DNA of 64,000 nucleotides from contig CALXFH010000004.1 of assembly GCA_944387555.1 (NCBI GenBank), positions 12,483-76,482 of the forward strand. Direction: 5' to 3'. The notes under the pieces are model-generated. The model searched no databases. It worked only from the letters and a program-made list of their open reading frames with translations, and was not told where the DNA came from. Positions within the stretch are counted from its first letter, which is position 1; each line of letters opens with the position of its first letter. Position numbers and translations under genes: made by a program. Source of the DNA: an uncultured Clostridia bacterium. Lineage in GTDB: Bacteria; Bacillota; Clostridia; TANB77; CAG-508. This document shows positions 27,742 to 36,445 of the stretch, piece after piece.

Positions 27742-28759
27742 TTATAGAGAATTTACATCTTGAATTTCAACACCAACATAAAAATGTTTAATTATATCTT
27801 CATAAGTTTTACCTTCTTTAGCTAGAGTATCTGCGCCTGTTTGGCTCATTCCAACACCATGGCCATAACCTTTAACTGAAAACTTTATATTTCCATTTTC
27901 TTTTATTATCTCAAAATTAGTAGACCTTAGACCAAGTAAACTTCTAGTTTCTGTTCCTGAAAGCTCATGATTTCCAAACTTTACAGTTTTCACTCTTCCA
28001 CTATCTGTATAGTCTAAAATCTTTAAATCATCATCATTATTAAAATCAATTGTAATATCTTCATATTTAGTTTTTAGTTTCTCTATTAACTCCTCTCCGA
28101 GTAAAAGTAGCTTCTGAACTATACTGTGTATATCCTTCTTCTCCTGCAGTTTCTACCACTTGTAAATAAGGATATTCAGTTCCACCACCCCAAACATTTA
28201 CAGGAAGTTCTGTTGTACCGCCACTATTTGAATGGAAAAATGCGTTTATAGGAGCTCCATTATATGTAATAATTTTTCCTTGGGTCTCATTTACGCACTG
28301 TTCTATTTTTGCCCAATTACTTTCTCTTTTATCTTCATCCCATTTAGCTAGTCTGTCTTCTTTTGAAATCCAAGCTTGACAACAAGAAGAGTCATCACAA
28401 ATATCAGCGTTATAATGTTTTTTATTTTGTATTTTATAAATAGTATATGTTCTTGCAACAACTGCTTGTGCTTTTAATGCTTCTAATTCAAAATCAGCAG
28501 GCATCTCGGCTGATACAACATTACAAAGATATGTATCTAATGGAACTTCTTCTACTTCGTTAGTTTTTGCATGCAATAACTTTATTGTTCCATAATTTTT
28601 ATAATCATATGTATTATTATTTATATTTTCTGTTTGTTCTGCATTTTTTGTTGTTTCACTTTCTGGAACTTTTGCTTCTACATCTTTTTTTGTAAGCATT
28701 GCCGGAAGCAAAAAGAATATTAATAAAAACACAAAAAAATAGATAAAAACTTTCCTCAT
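27742..28759 (-). pseudogene. spoIID: Stage II sporulation protein D (lytic transglycosylase), interrupted by a 1-nt frameshift
   Basis: ORF 28067-28759 carries the N-terminal two thirds (LCNVVSAEMPADFELEALKAQAVVARTYT...AFFHSNSGGTTE...YSSEATFT). The +1 frame then continues EELIEKLKTKYEDITIDFNNDDDLKILDYTDSGRVKTVKFGNHELSGTETRSLLGLRSTNF...GYGHGVGMSQTGA (ORF 27742-27993). The frames switch within about 28088-28110. Confidence 0.8.
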
Positions 28760-28793
28760 CCTACCACTCCTAAAATTCCCCTCTATATATAAT

Positions 28794-29522
28794 TTATGAG
28801 CATAATTTAGTTTTCATACTATTTAAAACCTTTCTTTCTATTCTAGATACTTGAACTTGTGTAACACCTAGAATTTCAGCCACTTGGCTTTGTGTTTTTT
28901 CCTTAAAAAATCTAAGTAAAATAACTTTTTTATCTCTTTCATTTAAATCTTTAATTAGCTCATTTATTGCAATTTTATTGGTAAGAATTTCTGCTTCGTC
29001 TTTATCTGTAGATAATCTATCAATTAAATTAATACCTTTTTCACTTTTTGAATTACTATTTGAATTTCCTTCAATAGACTCTGGCTTTCTTGTCGCTTCC
29101 ATTGCTAAGACTATATCTTCTTTAGATACTTTTAACTCTTTTTCAATTTTTTCAATACTTATATCTTCTCCCTTTTTATAAAAATATTCCTTTTGCAATT
29201 CTCTTATTTTAATTCCTAATTCTTTAATACTTCTACTTACTTTAACCGGTCCATCATCACGAATATATCTTTTGATTTCTCCTATCATATAAGGAACAGC
29301 ATATGTCGAAAGTTTTACTTCAAAATTAGTATCAAATCTTTTTACAGCCTTTATAAATCCCATACTTGCTATTTGGTATAAATCCTCTGTTTCATAGCCT
29401 CTTCCTTGGAACCTTTTTACAATAGACCAAATAAGTCCATTATTACTATTTATCAAATTTTCTAGCTCTAATTTATCTCCTTCTTGAGCCTTTTTTATGG
29501 TTTGTCTATCATTTTCGTACAT
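28794..29522 (-). CDS. sigF: Sporulation sigma factor SigF
   Basis: 242 aa. Regions 2-4 of a sigma-70 protein with the SigF-type sequence NNGLIWSIVKRFQGRGYETEDLYQIASMGFIKAVKRFD...YAVPYMIGEIKRYIRDDGPVKVSRS. Follows spoIIAA-spoIIAB. Confidence 0.9.
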   Translation of the reverse strand: MYENDRQTIKKAQEGDKLELENLINSNNGLIWSIVKRFQGRGYETEDLYQIASMGFIKAVKRFDTNFEVKLSTYAVPYMIGEIKRYIRDDGPVKVSRSIKELGIKIRELQKEYFYKKGEDISIEKIEKELKVSKEDIVLAMEATRKPESIEGNSNSNSKSEKGINLIDRLSTDKDEAEILTNKIAINELIKDLNERDKKVILLRFFKEKTQSQVAEILGVTQVQVSRIERKVLNSMKTKLCS

Positions 29523-29538
29523 ATTCTCCTCTTTTCTT

Positions 29539-30009
29539 TTAAGAATTTGCTGTTAGCATTTTAAATTCATCCTCATCTTTGTCTTCTTTTGGTTTTATAA
29601 TTTTAGACATAGTAACTTTAGTTCCTAAGCCCACAACAGACTCAACTTCCATTTTATCCATAAAACTCTCCATAATAGTAAATCCCATACCTGACCTTTC
29701 TAAATTAGGTTTTGTTGTATACAATGGCTCTTTTGCCATCTCTACATTTTCAATACCTTTTCCTTTATCAGAAATTTCTATTATAATTTCATTTTCTGTA
29801 AGCCAGCTTGAAATTTTAACAACTCCTTGTTTTTTATCATAACCATGAATAATACTATTAGTTACTGCTTCTGATACAGCAGTTTTAATATCTGCAAGTT
29901 CTTCTATAGTAGGATCTAGTTGTGATGCAAAAGCTGCAACAGCTATCCTTGCAAAAGCCTCATTTGAAGACTTACTAATAAATTCTAATTTCATCTCATT
30001 ATTATACAT
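29539..30009 (-). CDS. spoIIAB: Anti-sigma F factor (serine kinase) SpoIIAB
   Basis: 156 aa. HATPase_c motifs ([14 protein letters not shown]; ISDKGKGIE; [11 protein letters not shown]). Confidence 0.9.
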   Translation of the reverse strand: MYNNEMKLEFISKSSNEAFARIAVAAFASQLDPTIEELADIKTAVSEAVTNSIIHGYDKKQGVVKISSWLTENEIIIEISDKGKGIENVEMAKEPLYTTKPNLERSGMGFTIMESFMDKMEVESVVGLGTKVTMSKIIKPKEDKDEDEFKMLTANS

Positions 30010-30025
30010 ATTTCCTTCCTTTCTA

Positions 30026-30132
30026 AAAATGGGGACGTTTCCTTTTGTCCACTTTTGCGCAATCTGGGACAGTTCCTTTAATGATATGTCCCCAATTGCT
30101 CATTTTTGTGCAAAAGGAAACGTCCCCATTTT
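30026..30132. repeat. 107-bp palindromic intergenic element (22-bp perfect inverted repeat arms) between spoIIAA and spoIIAB
   Basis: Arms AAAATGGGGACGTTTCCTTTTG (30026-30047) and CAAAAGGAAACGTCCCCATTTT (30111-30132) are exact reverse complements. The 63-nt core contains further GGGAC/GTCCC words. A related copy lies at 41431-41470. Confidence 0.85.
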
Positions 30133-30136
30133 CACT

Positions 30137-30451
30137 TTAATTTAGTTCCACTGTTGGAATTAATTTTAATAATCCGCTCATATCAAATATTCTTTTTACA
30201 CTTTGAGTTAAGTTACTTACACCTAATTTTGCACCTATCATGTTTGCAAACTTATACCTTCCGATAACTAATCCTATTCCTGCGCTGTCCATGAAAGTAA
30301 CACTATCAAAATCAAATACAACTTTTTTAGGCATATATCTTTCCATTTCATAATCCGCTTTCCTCCTTATCTCTTGTACACTATGGTCGTCAATTTCAGA
30401 CGTGACTTTTAAGACCAGCAGCTTGTCCTTTTCATAAAATTTTGACTCCAT
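30137..30451 (-). CDS. spoIIAA: Anti-sigma F factor antagonist SpoIIAA (STAS domain)
   Basis: STAS sequence ...VVFDFDSVTFMDSAGIGLVIGRYK... with the phosphorylatable Ser context DSAGIG. I prefer the start MESKFYEK at 30451 (GGAAGGAGATATATATG). The ORF-track extension to 30514 overlaps the promoter. Confidence 0.85.
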   Translation of the reverse strand: MESKFYEKDKLLVLKVTSEIDDHSVQEIRRKADYEMERYMPKKVVFDFDSVTFMDSAGIGLVIGRYKFANMIGAKLGVSNLTQSVKRIFDMSGLLKLIPTVELN

Positions 30452-30534
30452 ATATCTCCTTCCTTTCCAAAAATTTACATTAATTATTATAGTACTGTTT
30501 CCAATTTTTTCCAAGAGTAAAAAATTAGAAGTTT

Positions 30535-30560
30535 TGTCGATTTCAGAGAACTTTTCGACA
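30535..30560. promoter_or_regulatory. Inverted pair of Spo0A-box-like heptamers upstream of spoIIAA
   Basis: TGTCGAT on the plus strand (30535-30541) and a perfect TGTCGAA on the minus strand (30560-30554). They form the 9-bp inverted repeat TTTTGTCGA...TCGACAAAA, 85-110 nt upstream of the spoIIAA ATG. Sigma-A-like hexamers TTGGAA-17-TATAAT lie at 30514-30486. Confidence 0.45.
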
Positions 30561-30582
30561 AAATCTTAACTTTAAAAATTCA

Positions 30583-30621
30583 CAAAAAATAGAGAGAAAG
30601 TTTTATTAAACCTTCTCTCTA
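30583..30621 (-). terminator. Rho-independent terminator after 30650-31060
   Basis: Stem TAGAGAGAA/TTCTCTCTA, followed on the minus strand by TTTTTTG. Confidence 0.6.
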
Positions 30622-30649
30622 AAGCAAGCAATTTCTGCTTTACTTGTGA

Positions 30650-31060
30650 CTAAACCGTAATGATTTCAACTTTCCTCTGGAATCTAATGATGCTTAACTT
30701 TTGCCCCATACTCTCACTATAAAGAGTAATACCAAGTTCTGCATCTTCTAGGTCTTGACAAGGAAGCATATCTTCCACAATTTCTTTTAAAATTTTAACT
30801 TCTTCTTCATTCATAGAATATGAATATTTTCCAATAACAATCTGCACATAACTACTTTTTGAAAATTCTAAAATATATGGTATAACCTTTTCAAAATCTT
30901 CGCAGCAAAAATCCAGGAAAACGTCTCCATCTTCTTCTTCTGAGAACAAAAAGTTAAAATCTGGTGATTCTTCCTCCTTGTCTGGTTTATAAATACTTAA
31001 AGTCCATCCATTGAGATTTTCCGTATCCGCATTTTTTACTATCAGTTGGATACATCCCAT
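30650..31060 (-). CDS. Hypothetical acidic cytoplasmic protein
   Basis: 136-aa ORF. RBS GAAAGGATTAGCAATG. Own promoter candidate ATGACA-17-TATAAT at about 31150-31122. No family recognised. Confidence 0.5.
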   Translation of the reverse strand: MGCIQLIVKNADTENLNGWTLSIYKPDKEEESPDFNFLFSEEEDGDVFLDFCCEDFEKVIPYILEFSKSSYVQIVIGKYSYSMNEEEVKILKEIVEDMLPCQDLEDAELGITLYSESMGQKLSIIRFQRKVEIITV

Positions 31061-31284
31061 TGCTAATCCTTTCTACGATTTAGCCTTATATACCATGCAC
31101 ATAAGTGCATAGTTTATATTATAACATATTTTTATATATTTGTCATTAACAAACTTTTCATTTCAGATAAATTATCCTAATTTTTGTTTCTGTTCAGACT
31201 TGAAGTATTTTTCTTATGAAAATCTAATTTAAGGTTCTTTAATAAAATTTTAGAGATTAACCACGCTGACTAAATTAATAAATT

Positions 31285-33933
31285 TTATATAGTCTGAACA
31301 GTAACTAATTTTTCTAAAACTTTTTCTAACATCTCTTTATAGTTCTTTAATTTTTCTTGTTCTTCTTCTACTTTTGCCTTAGGTGCTTTATTTACAAACC
31401 CCGGATTAGAAAGCATTTTTTCACATCTTGCAACTTCTCCTTCTAGTCTTTTCTTTTCTTCTTCTAATCTCTTCTTTTCCTCTTCCTTATCAATTAAACC
31501 TTCTAATGGCATATAAAGTTCAATTCCTTCTACCATTATATTTATGCTATCTTCTGGAATATCTTTGCTATTATCCTTTACTTCTAAAGAACTTCCAAAT
31601 GCTAATTTTAATAAAATATCTTCTAATTCTTTTATTTCTTTTTCATATTTTTCTGTTACAAATATTAATTTAGATTTTTTACTTGGATGAATATTTTTAG
31701 TAGCTCTCACATTTCTAACTTCTACAATTAAGTCTTTTATTTTTTCTACTGTTTCTTCTTCTTTTCCATAATCAATATTTTCTTTTTCTGGCCAAGAAGA
31801 TACCATTAATTCTTTATCATCATATTTTACTAAATTATCATAAATTTTAGATGTTACAAATGGCATAAATGGATGTAATAATTTTAAACATGTTCTAAAT
31901 ACTTTATCAAGTACATATGATGTTTTTACTTTTTCTTCTTCTGTTCCATTATAAAGACTTATTTTTGCCATTTCTATATACCAATCACAAAATTCGTTCC
32001 ACATAAAGTTATAAATTTTATCAATTGCTACACCTAAATCATATTTTTCAATATTATTTGTTATTTCTACTACTAATTTATTTAATTTATTTAATATCCA
32101 TTTATCCTCTATTGATAATTTATCTGTATTTTCTCCTTTTGAAAATTCTATTATTTTTTCTTCATCTGGTCTATTCATTATAATAAACTTAGCAGCATTC
32201 CATATCTTATTTGCAAAGTTAGATGCTTGGTCTAATTTTTCTGGCATATATCTAATATCATTTCCCATCGTAGTTCCAGATAATACTGAAAATCTTAATG
32301 CGTCTGCTCCATATTTATCAATTACCTCTAATGGGTCAACACCATTTCCAAGTGTCTTTGACATCTTTCTTCCTTGGCTATCACGTACAATTCCATGTAT
32401 TAAAACATCACTAAATGGTTTTTCTTTCATTGCATAATATCCTGAAAATACCATTCTTGCTACCCAGAAAAATATAATATCATATGCTGTAACTAATACA
32501 TTAGTTGGATAAAATGTTTTTAGATCTTCTGCATCTTTATTTGGCCAACCAAGTGTTGAAAATGGCCATAATGCTGAACTAAACCATGTATCTAATGTAT
32601 CTGGGTCTTGTTCTAGATTTTTAGAACCACATTTTTCACATTTCTCTGGCATTTCTTTTGCAACATTAATATGATTGCAATCTTTACAATAATATGCTGG
32701 TATTCTATGTCCCCACCACAATTGTCTTGAAATACACCAATCTTGGATATTTTCCATCCAATTAAAATATGTTTTTTCATATCTTTTTGGTATGAATTTT
32801 ACATCATTCTCTTTTACTGCTTTAATTGCTGGCTCTGCTAATTCTTTCATTTTAACAAACCACTGTTCTGAAACTCTTGGCTCTATTTTAGTTTTACATC
32901 TTTCACAAGTTCCAACATTATGAGTATAATCTTCTATTGATACTAATGCACCTAGTTCTTTTAATTTATCTACAATAATTGGTCTTGCTTCTATTGCTGT
33001 CATACCTTTTACTTCTGGCATTAAATCTCCCATTATTGTTTTGCTATCAAATACTTCTATAAATTCTAGATTATTTCTTTTTCCAGCTTCATAATCATTA
33101 GGGTCATGTGCAGGTGTAATCTTAACACAACCTGTTCCAAATTCTTTATCTACAAATTCATCTGCAATAATTGGTATTTCTCTATTTACAATTGGAAGTA
33201 TACAAGTTTTTCCAACTAAATCTTTATATCTTTCATCATCTGGGTTTACAGCAACAGCAGTATCTCCAAGCATTGTTTCAGGTCTTGTTGTTGCAACTTC
33301 TACATATTTTTCTTCACCTTTAATTTTATATCTTAGATGCCATAGGTGAGATGCTTCTTCTTTGTATTCAACCTCTGCATCTGAAATTGCAGTATTACAA
33401 CTAGGACACCAGTTTACCATTCTTGTTCCTTTATAAATGTATCCTTGGTTATATAAATTAACAAATTCTTCTAAAACGGCATCAGACAAACCTTTATCAA
33501 GAGTAAACCTACGTCTATCCCAGTCACAAGAACAGCCTAGTTTTCTTTGTTGCTTTTGGATTTCTCCACCATAAAGATGGGTCCAATCCCAACATTCTTC
33601 TAAGAATTTTTCTCTTCCTAAATCTTGTTTTGTTTTTCCTTCATTTCTTAATTTTTGAACAACCTTCATCTCTGTTGAAATTGCTGCATGGTCAGAACCT
33701 GGAAGCCATAAAGTATTATATCCTTGCATTCTTTTAAATCTAATTAATATATCTTGAATTGTACCATCTAGGGCGTGTCCCATGTGTAATTTTCCAGTTA
33801 CATTTGGTGGTGGCATCATAATACAAAAACTTTCCTTTGTCTTATCCATACTTGGCTTAAAATAACCTTTTTTCTCCCATTCTTCATATAATTTGTCTTC
33901 AAATTCTTTTGGATTATACTTATTTTCTAACAT
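31285..33933 (-). CDS. valS: Valine--tRNA ligase
   Basis: Class I motifs PPPNVTGKLHMGHAL and KMSKTLGN, an editing domain, and a C-terminal coiled coil. I prefer the start MLENKYNP at 33933 (GGAGAG 7 nt upstream). Confidence 0.95.
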   Translation of the reverse strand: MLENKYNPKEFEDKLYEEWEKKGYFKPSMDKTKESFCIMMPPPNVTGKLHMGHALDGTIQDILIRFKRMQGYNTLWLPGSDHAAISTEMKVVQKLRNEGKTKQDLGREKFLEECWDWTHLYGGEIQKQQRKLGCSCDWDRRRFTLDKGLSDAVLEEFVNLYNQGYIYKGTRMVNWCPSCNTAISDAEVEYKEEASHLWHLRYKIKGEEKYVEVATTRPETMLGDTAVAVNPDDERYKDLVGKTCILPIVNREIPIIADEFVDKEFGTGCVKITPAHDPNDYEAGKRNNLEFIEVFDSKTIMGDLMPEVKGMTAIEARPIIVDKLKELGALVSIEDYTHNVGTCERCKTKIEPRVSEQWFVKMKELAEPAIKAVKENDVKFIPKRYEKTYFNWMENIQDWCISRQLWWGHRIPAYYCKDCNHINVAKEMPEKCEKCGSKNLEQDPDTLDTWFSSALWPFSTLGWPNKDAEDLKTFYPTNVLVTAYDIIFFWVARMVFSGYYAMKEKPFSDVLIHGIVRDSQGRKMSKTLGNGVDPLEVIDKYGADALRFSVLSGTTMGNDIRYMPEKLDQASNFANKIWNAAKFIIMNRPDEEKIIEFSKGENTDKLSIEDKWILNKLNKLVVEITNNIEKYDLGVAIDKIYNFMWNEFCDWYIEMAKISLYNGTEEEKVKTSYVLDKVFRTCLKLLHPFMPFVTSKIYDNLVKYDDKELMVSSWPEKENIDYGKEEETVEKIKDLIVEVRNVRATKNIHPSKKSKLIFVTEKYEKEIKELEDILLKLAFGSSLEVKDNSKDIPEDSINIMVEGIELYMPLEGLIDKEEEKKRLEEEKKRLEGEVARCEKMLSNPGFVNKAPKAKVEEEQEKLKNYKEMLEKVLEKLVTVQTI

Positions 33934-33981
33934 ACACATTCTCTCCTTTTCTTATTTTCCTTTTAATTTAATTTTTATTTT

Positions 33982-34806
33982 CTATTTATAAAATTTTACT
34001 TTATAACTACATTCAAATTCTTCATTTGGTTTTAATCTTAAAATATTTTCTTTTGACTCTAACTTTCCATCTGTATTTACTTTATCTGCTGTATTCATCC
34101 AAGGCTCTATACAGACGAATGGTGCTCCTTTTTTTGCCCATATTCCTAAATATGGGAATCCTGTAAAATCAAATTCTAAAATAGTTTTTTCATTTTCTTT
34201 TAAATATACTTTATTAGACTCTATATTTGTCATAATAATTGCATCATTTATAAAACTATCTTTATTTAAATTGATACAATTATTAGATAAAATATTAGGA
34301 GCTTCTTCTTCTAAAACCAAACCATCTTTTAAACTCATAAACTTTATATTATCTTCTTGTTTTTCAAATTCTATTTTATATTTACCACTAGAATAATCAC
34401 ATATAAATGCTGGATGACCACCTAAACCAAATATCATCTCTTTTTTATCTTTATTTACAACCTTATACTTAGTAATTAATGTATTATTCTCTACTAAATG
34501 AGTTACATATAAGCTAAATTTATATGGAAATTTTTCTAATGTTTCACTATTACTTTCTAAAACATATTCATGTTTATTTTCACTTTTTTCTAATTCTTTA
34601 AATTCCATATCTCTTGCAAAGCCATGTTGTCCCATATGATAAGTTTTTCCATCTATGATTGTTTCATCATTTTTCAGTCTTCCTACAATAGGAAATAATA
34701 TTGGTGCATGTCTATTCCAATATTCTCCTTGATGCAGCATTTCTTTTCCATCTAGTTTTATACTTATTAGCTCTGCTCCACTTTTTTTACTTTTAATCTC
34801 TAACAT
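33982..34806 (-). CDS. Aldose 1-epimerase family (LacX/YihR-like) protein
   Basis: 274 aa. Mutarotase-fold signatures (APILFPIVGRLKND...HGFARDMEF...GLGGHPAF...VCIEPW). RBS AAAGGAGAAG. Confidence 0.6.
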   Translation of the reverse strand: MLEIKSKKSGAELISIKLDGKEMLHQGEYWNRHAPILFPIVGRLKNDETIIDGKTYHMGQHGFARDMEFKELEKSENKHEYVLESNSETLEKFPYKFSLYVTHLVENNTLITKYKVVNKDKKEMIFGLGGHPAFICDYSSGKYKIEFEKQEDNIKFMSLKDGLVLEEEAPNILSNNCINLNKDSFINDAIIMTNIESNKVYLKENEKTILEFDFTGFPYLGIWAKKGAPFVCIEPWMNTADKVNTDGKLESKENILRLKPNEEFECSYKVKFYK

Positions 34807-34845
34807 AAAACTTCTCCTTTAATTTTTTATTTATCTTTTCTTATA

Positions 34846-35125
34846 TTCAAAAAGCTCGCCCCTAAAATAAGGGCGAGCATATTTCTCACGGTACCACCTT
34901 AATTATTATCTAAAAACATTTTATTAAAATAAATTATAAGAAATATAATAATTTATAGATAACATCTTAATTAACCTTTAACGGAGTTTACCCGAATATT
35001 CTTAAATCAAAGTTTCTCAGAATATTAACAAAAAAGCTACCTTCAATTTACCTATATTTAAGAAGCTTCCAGCTTATAACTTCTATTCTCTAAAAATTAG
35101 TATAAATCTACTCCTCTTTTTTATT
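34846..35125 (-). promoter_or_regulatory. T-box riboswitch leader (specifier probably GUA, Val)
   Basis: Minus strand contains the T-box sequence AATTAAGGTGGTACCGTGAG (34904-34885), the terminator GCTCGCCCTTATTTTAGGGGCGAGC plus TTTTTG (34878-34846), Stem I elements (GAGGAGTAG, AG-bulge AGAGA, distal loop TGGAA) and a specifier loop ending UGAAGGUAG (35044-35036). Confidence 0.8.
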
Positions 35126-35183
35126 GTTTTTTCTTATACATTAATATTATTACACATTTTTACAGATTTTACAAGTATTTTTG

Positions 35184-35224
35184 GAAAAAAATTGAGACAA
35201 AAAAGGCCCGTCCCCCTTTGTCTC
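35184..35224 (-). terminator. Terminator hairpin after the Fe-ADH gene (member of a repeated hairpin family)
   Basis: Minus strand GAGACAAAGGGGGACGGGCCTTTTTTGTCTC followed by AATTTTTTT. 27 of 31 nt are identical to the hairpin at 47059-47089. Confidence 0.65.
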
Positions 35225-35233
35225 ATTTATCTT

Positions 35234-36394
35234 TTACATTGCTCTTCTATATAATTCTATGAAGTCTTCTTTTGTTACTTCTCTTGGATTTCCTGGTTTA
35301 CATGGATCGTTCATTGCTTTTTCTGCAAGCATTTCAAAGTCTTCTTCTTTTGCTCCATAATCTTTTATTGTTGTTGTAATTCCTACTGATTTACTTAATT
35401 CTGATATCATCCATACAAATGTATTTATAACATCTTGGTCATTTAAGTGCTCTGCATCTGGTCTTCCTATATTTACTAATATTTCTCTAAATCTTTGTGC
35501 TGTTGCTGGGTCTTCTCCATTAAATCTCATAACTGTTGGAAGTAACATTGCATTTGCTATTCCATGTGGTGTATCATATACTGCTCCTAATTGATGTGCC
35601 ATTGAGTGTACTATTCCAAGACCAACATTTGAAAATCCCATTCCTGCTATATATTGAGCCATTCCCATTTTTTCTATTGCTACTGGGTCTTTATCGTTTA
35701 CAGCTGCTGGTAAGTATTTAAATATCATTTTTATTGCCTGCATATGGAACATATCTGACATATCATTATGTGCTTTTGTTATATATCCTTCTATTCCATG
35801 TGTTAAAGCATCCATTCCTGTTGCTGCAGCTAAAGATTTTGGCATTGAAGCCATTAAATCAGAATCTACAATTGCTAATATTGGTATATCATTTGGGTCT
35901 ACACATACCATTTTTATTTTAGCATCTTCATCTGTTATTACATAGTTTATTGTTACTTCTGCTGCTGTTCCAGCTGTTGTTGGCATTGCAATTAAAGGCA
36001 TTCCTCTATTTACTGTATCAGATGCTCCGTTTAATGATTTGATATCGCTTCTTTCTGGATTTGTCATAACTATTGAAATTCCTTTTGCAGTATCAATACT
36101 TGAACCTCCACCTACTGCTACTATTAAATCTGCTTTTGAGTCTTTACAAGCTTGTACTCCATCTAATACATTTTTAATTGTTGGATTTGGTTTTATTTCA
36201 TCATATAAATCATAAGGTACACCTGCTTTATTTAGTACTTCTTCTACTTTCGCTGTAACGCCTGCTTCTACTAGTGATTTATCACTTACAAGAAATACTT
36301 TTTTAAATCCTCTCTTCTTAATTTCTCCTGCTAACTCTTCTCTTGCTCCTTTTCCAAAATAAGATGTTTCATTTAATACAAATTTTTCAGACAT
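35234..36394 (-). CDS. Iron-containing alcohol dehydrogenase (lactaldehyde reductase/FucO-like)
   Basis: 386 aa. GGGSSIDTAKG, metal His motifs ALTHGIEGY and VHSMAHQLG. Length and N-terminus are typical of group III ADH/FucO. Confidence 0.8.
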   Translation of the reverse strand: MSEKFVLNETSYFGKGAREELAGEIKKRGFKKVFLVSDKSLVEAGVTAKVEEVLNKAGVPYDLYDEIKPNPTIKNVLDGVQACKDSKADLIVAVGGGSSIDTAKGISIVMTNPERSDIKSLNGASDTVNRGMPLIAMPTTAGTAAEVTINYVITDEDAKIKMVCVDPNDIPILAIVDSDLMASMPKSLAAATGMDALTHGIEGYITKAHNDMSDMFHMQAIKMIFKYLPAAVNDKDPVAIEKMGMAQYIAGMGFSNVGLGIVHSMAHQLGAVYDTPHGIANAMLLPTVMRFNGEDPATAQRFREILVNIGRPDAEHLNDQDVINTFVWMISELSKSVGITTTIKDYGAKEEDFEMLAEKAMNDPCKPGNPREVTKEDFIELYRRAM

Positions 36395-36445
36395 TTTAAA
36401 ATTCCTCCTCTTTATTTTTATAATAATATATTTTCCCTTTTATTT

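Noticed and set aside
30023-30103. A 26-codon ORF ([26 protein letters not shown]) on the minus strand inside the palindromic element between spoIIAA and spoIIAB.
   Set aside because: There is no Shine-Dalgarno sequence upstream (TTTTGCACAAAAATG). The start and stop lie within the hairpin arms. The related copy at 41431-41470 does not preserve the ORF.
31190-31312. An 11-bp inverted repeat CTGTTCAGACT / AGTCTGAACAG. One arm lies in the last codons of valS and the other about 95 nt downstream.
   Set aside because: The loop is about 95 nt and no U-tract follows. A single 11-mer match at that distance in AT-rich DNA is not strong enough to call a structure. No valS terminator could be identified with confidence.
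35036-35044. Reading the T-box specifier as GGU (Gly) in the GAA-NNN-A register.
   Set aside because: That register leaves an extra unpaired G before the closing helix, and no Gly-related gene follows. The GUA (Val) register puts codon plus purine directly on the helix and matches valS downstream. I kept it as an open check in the findings rather than as the call.
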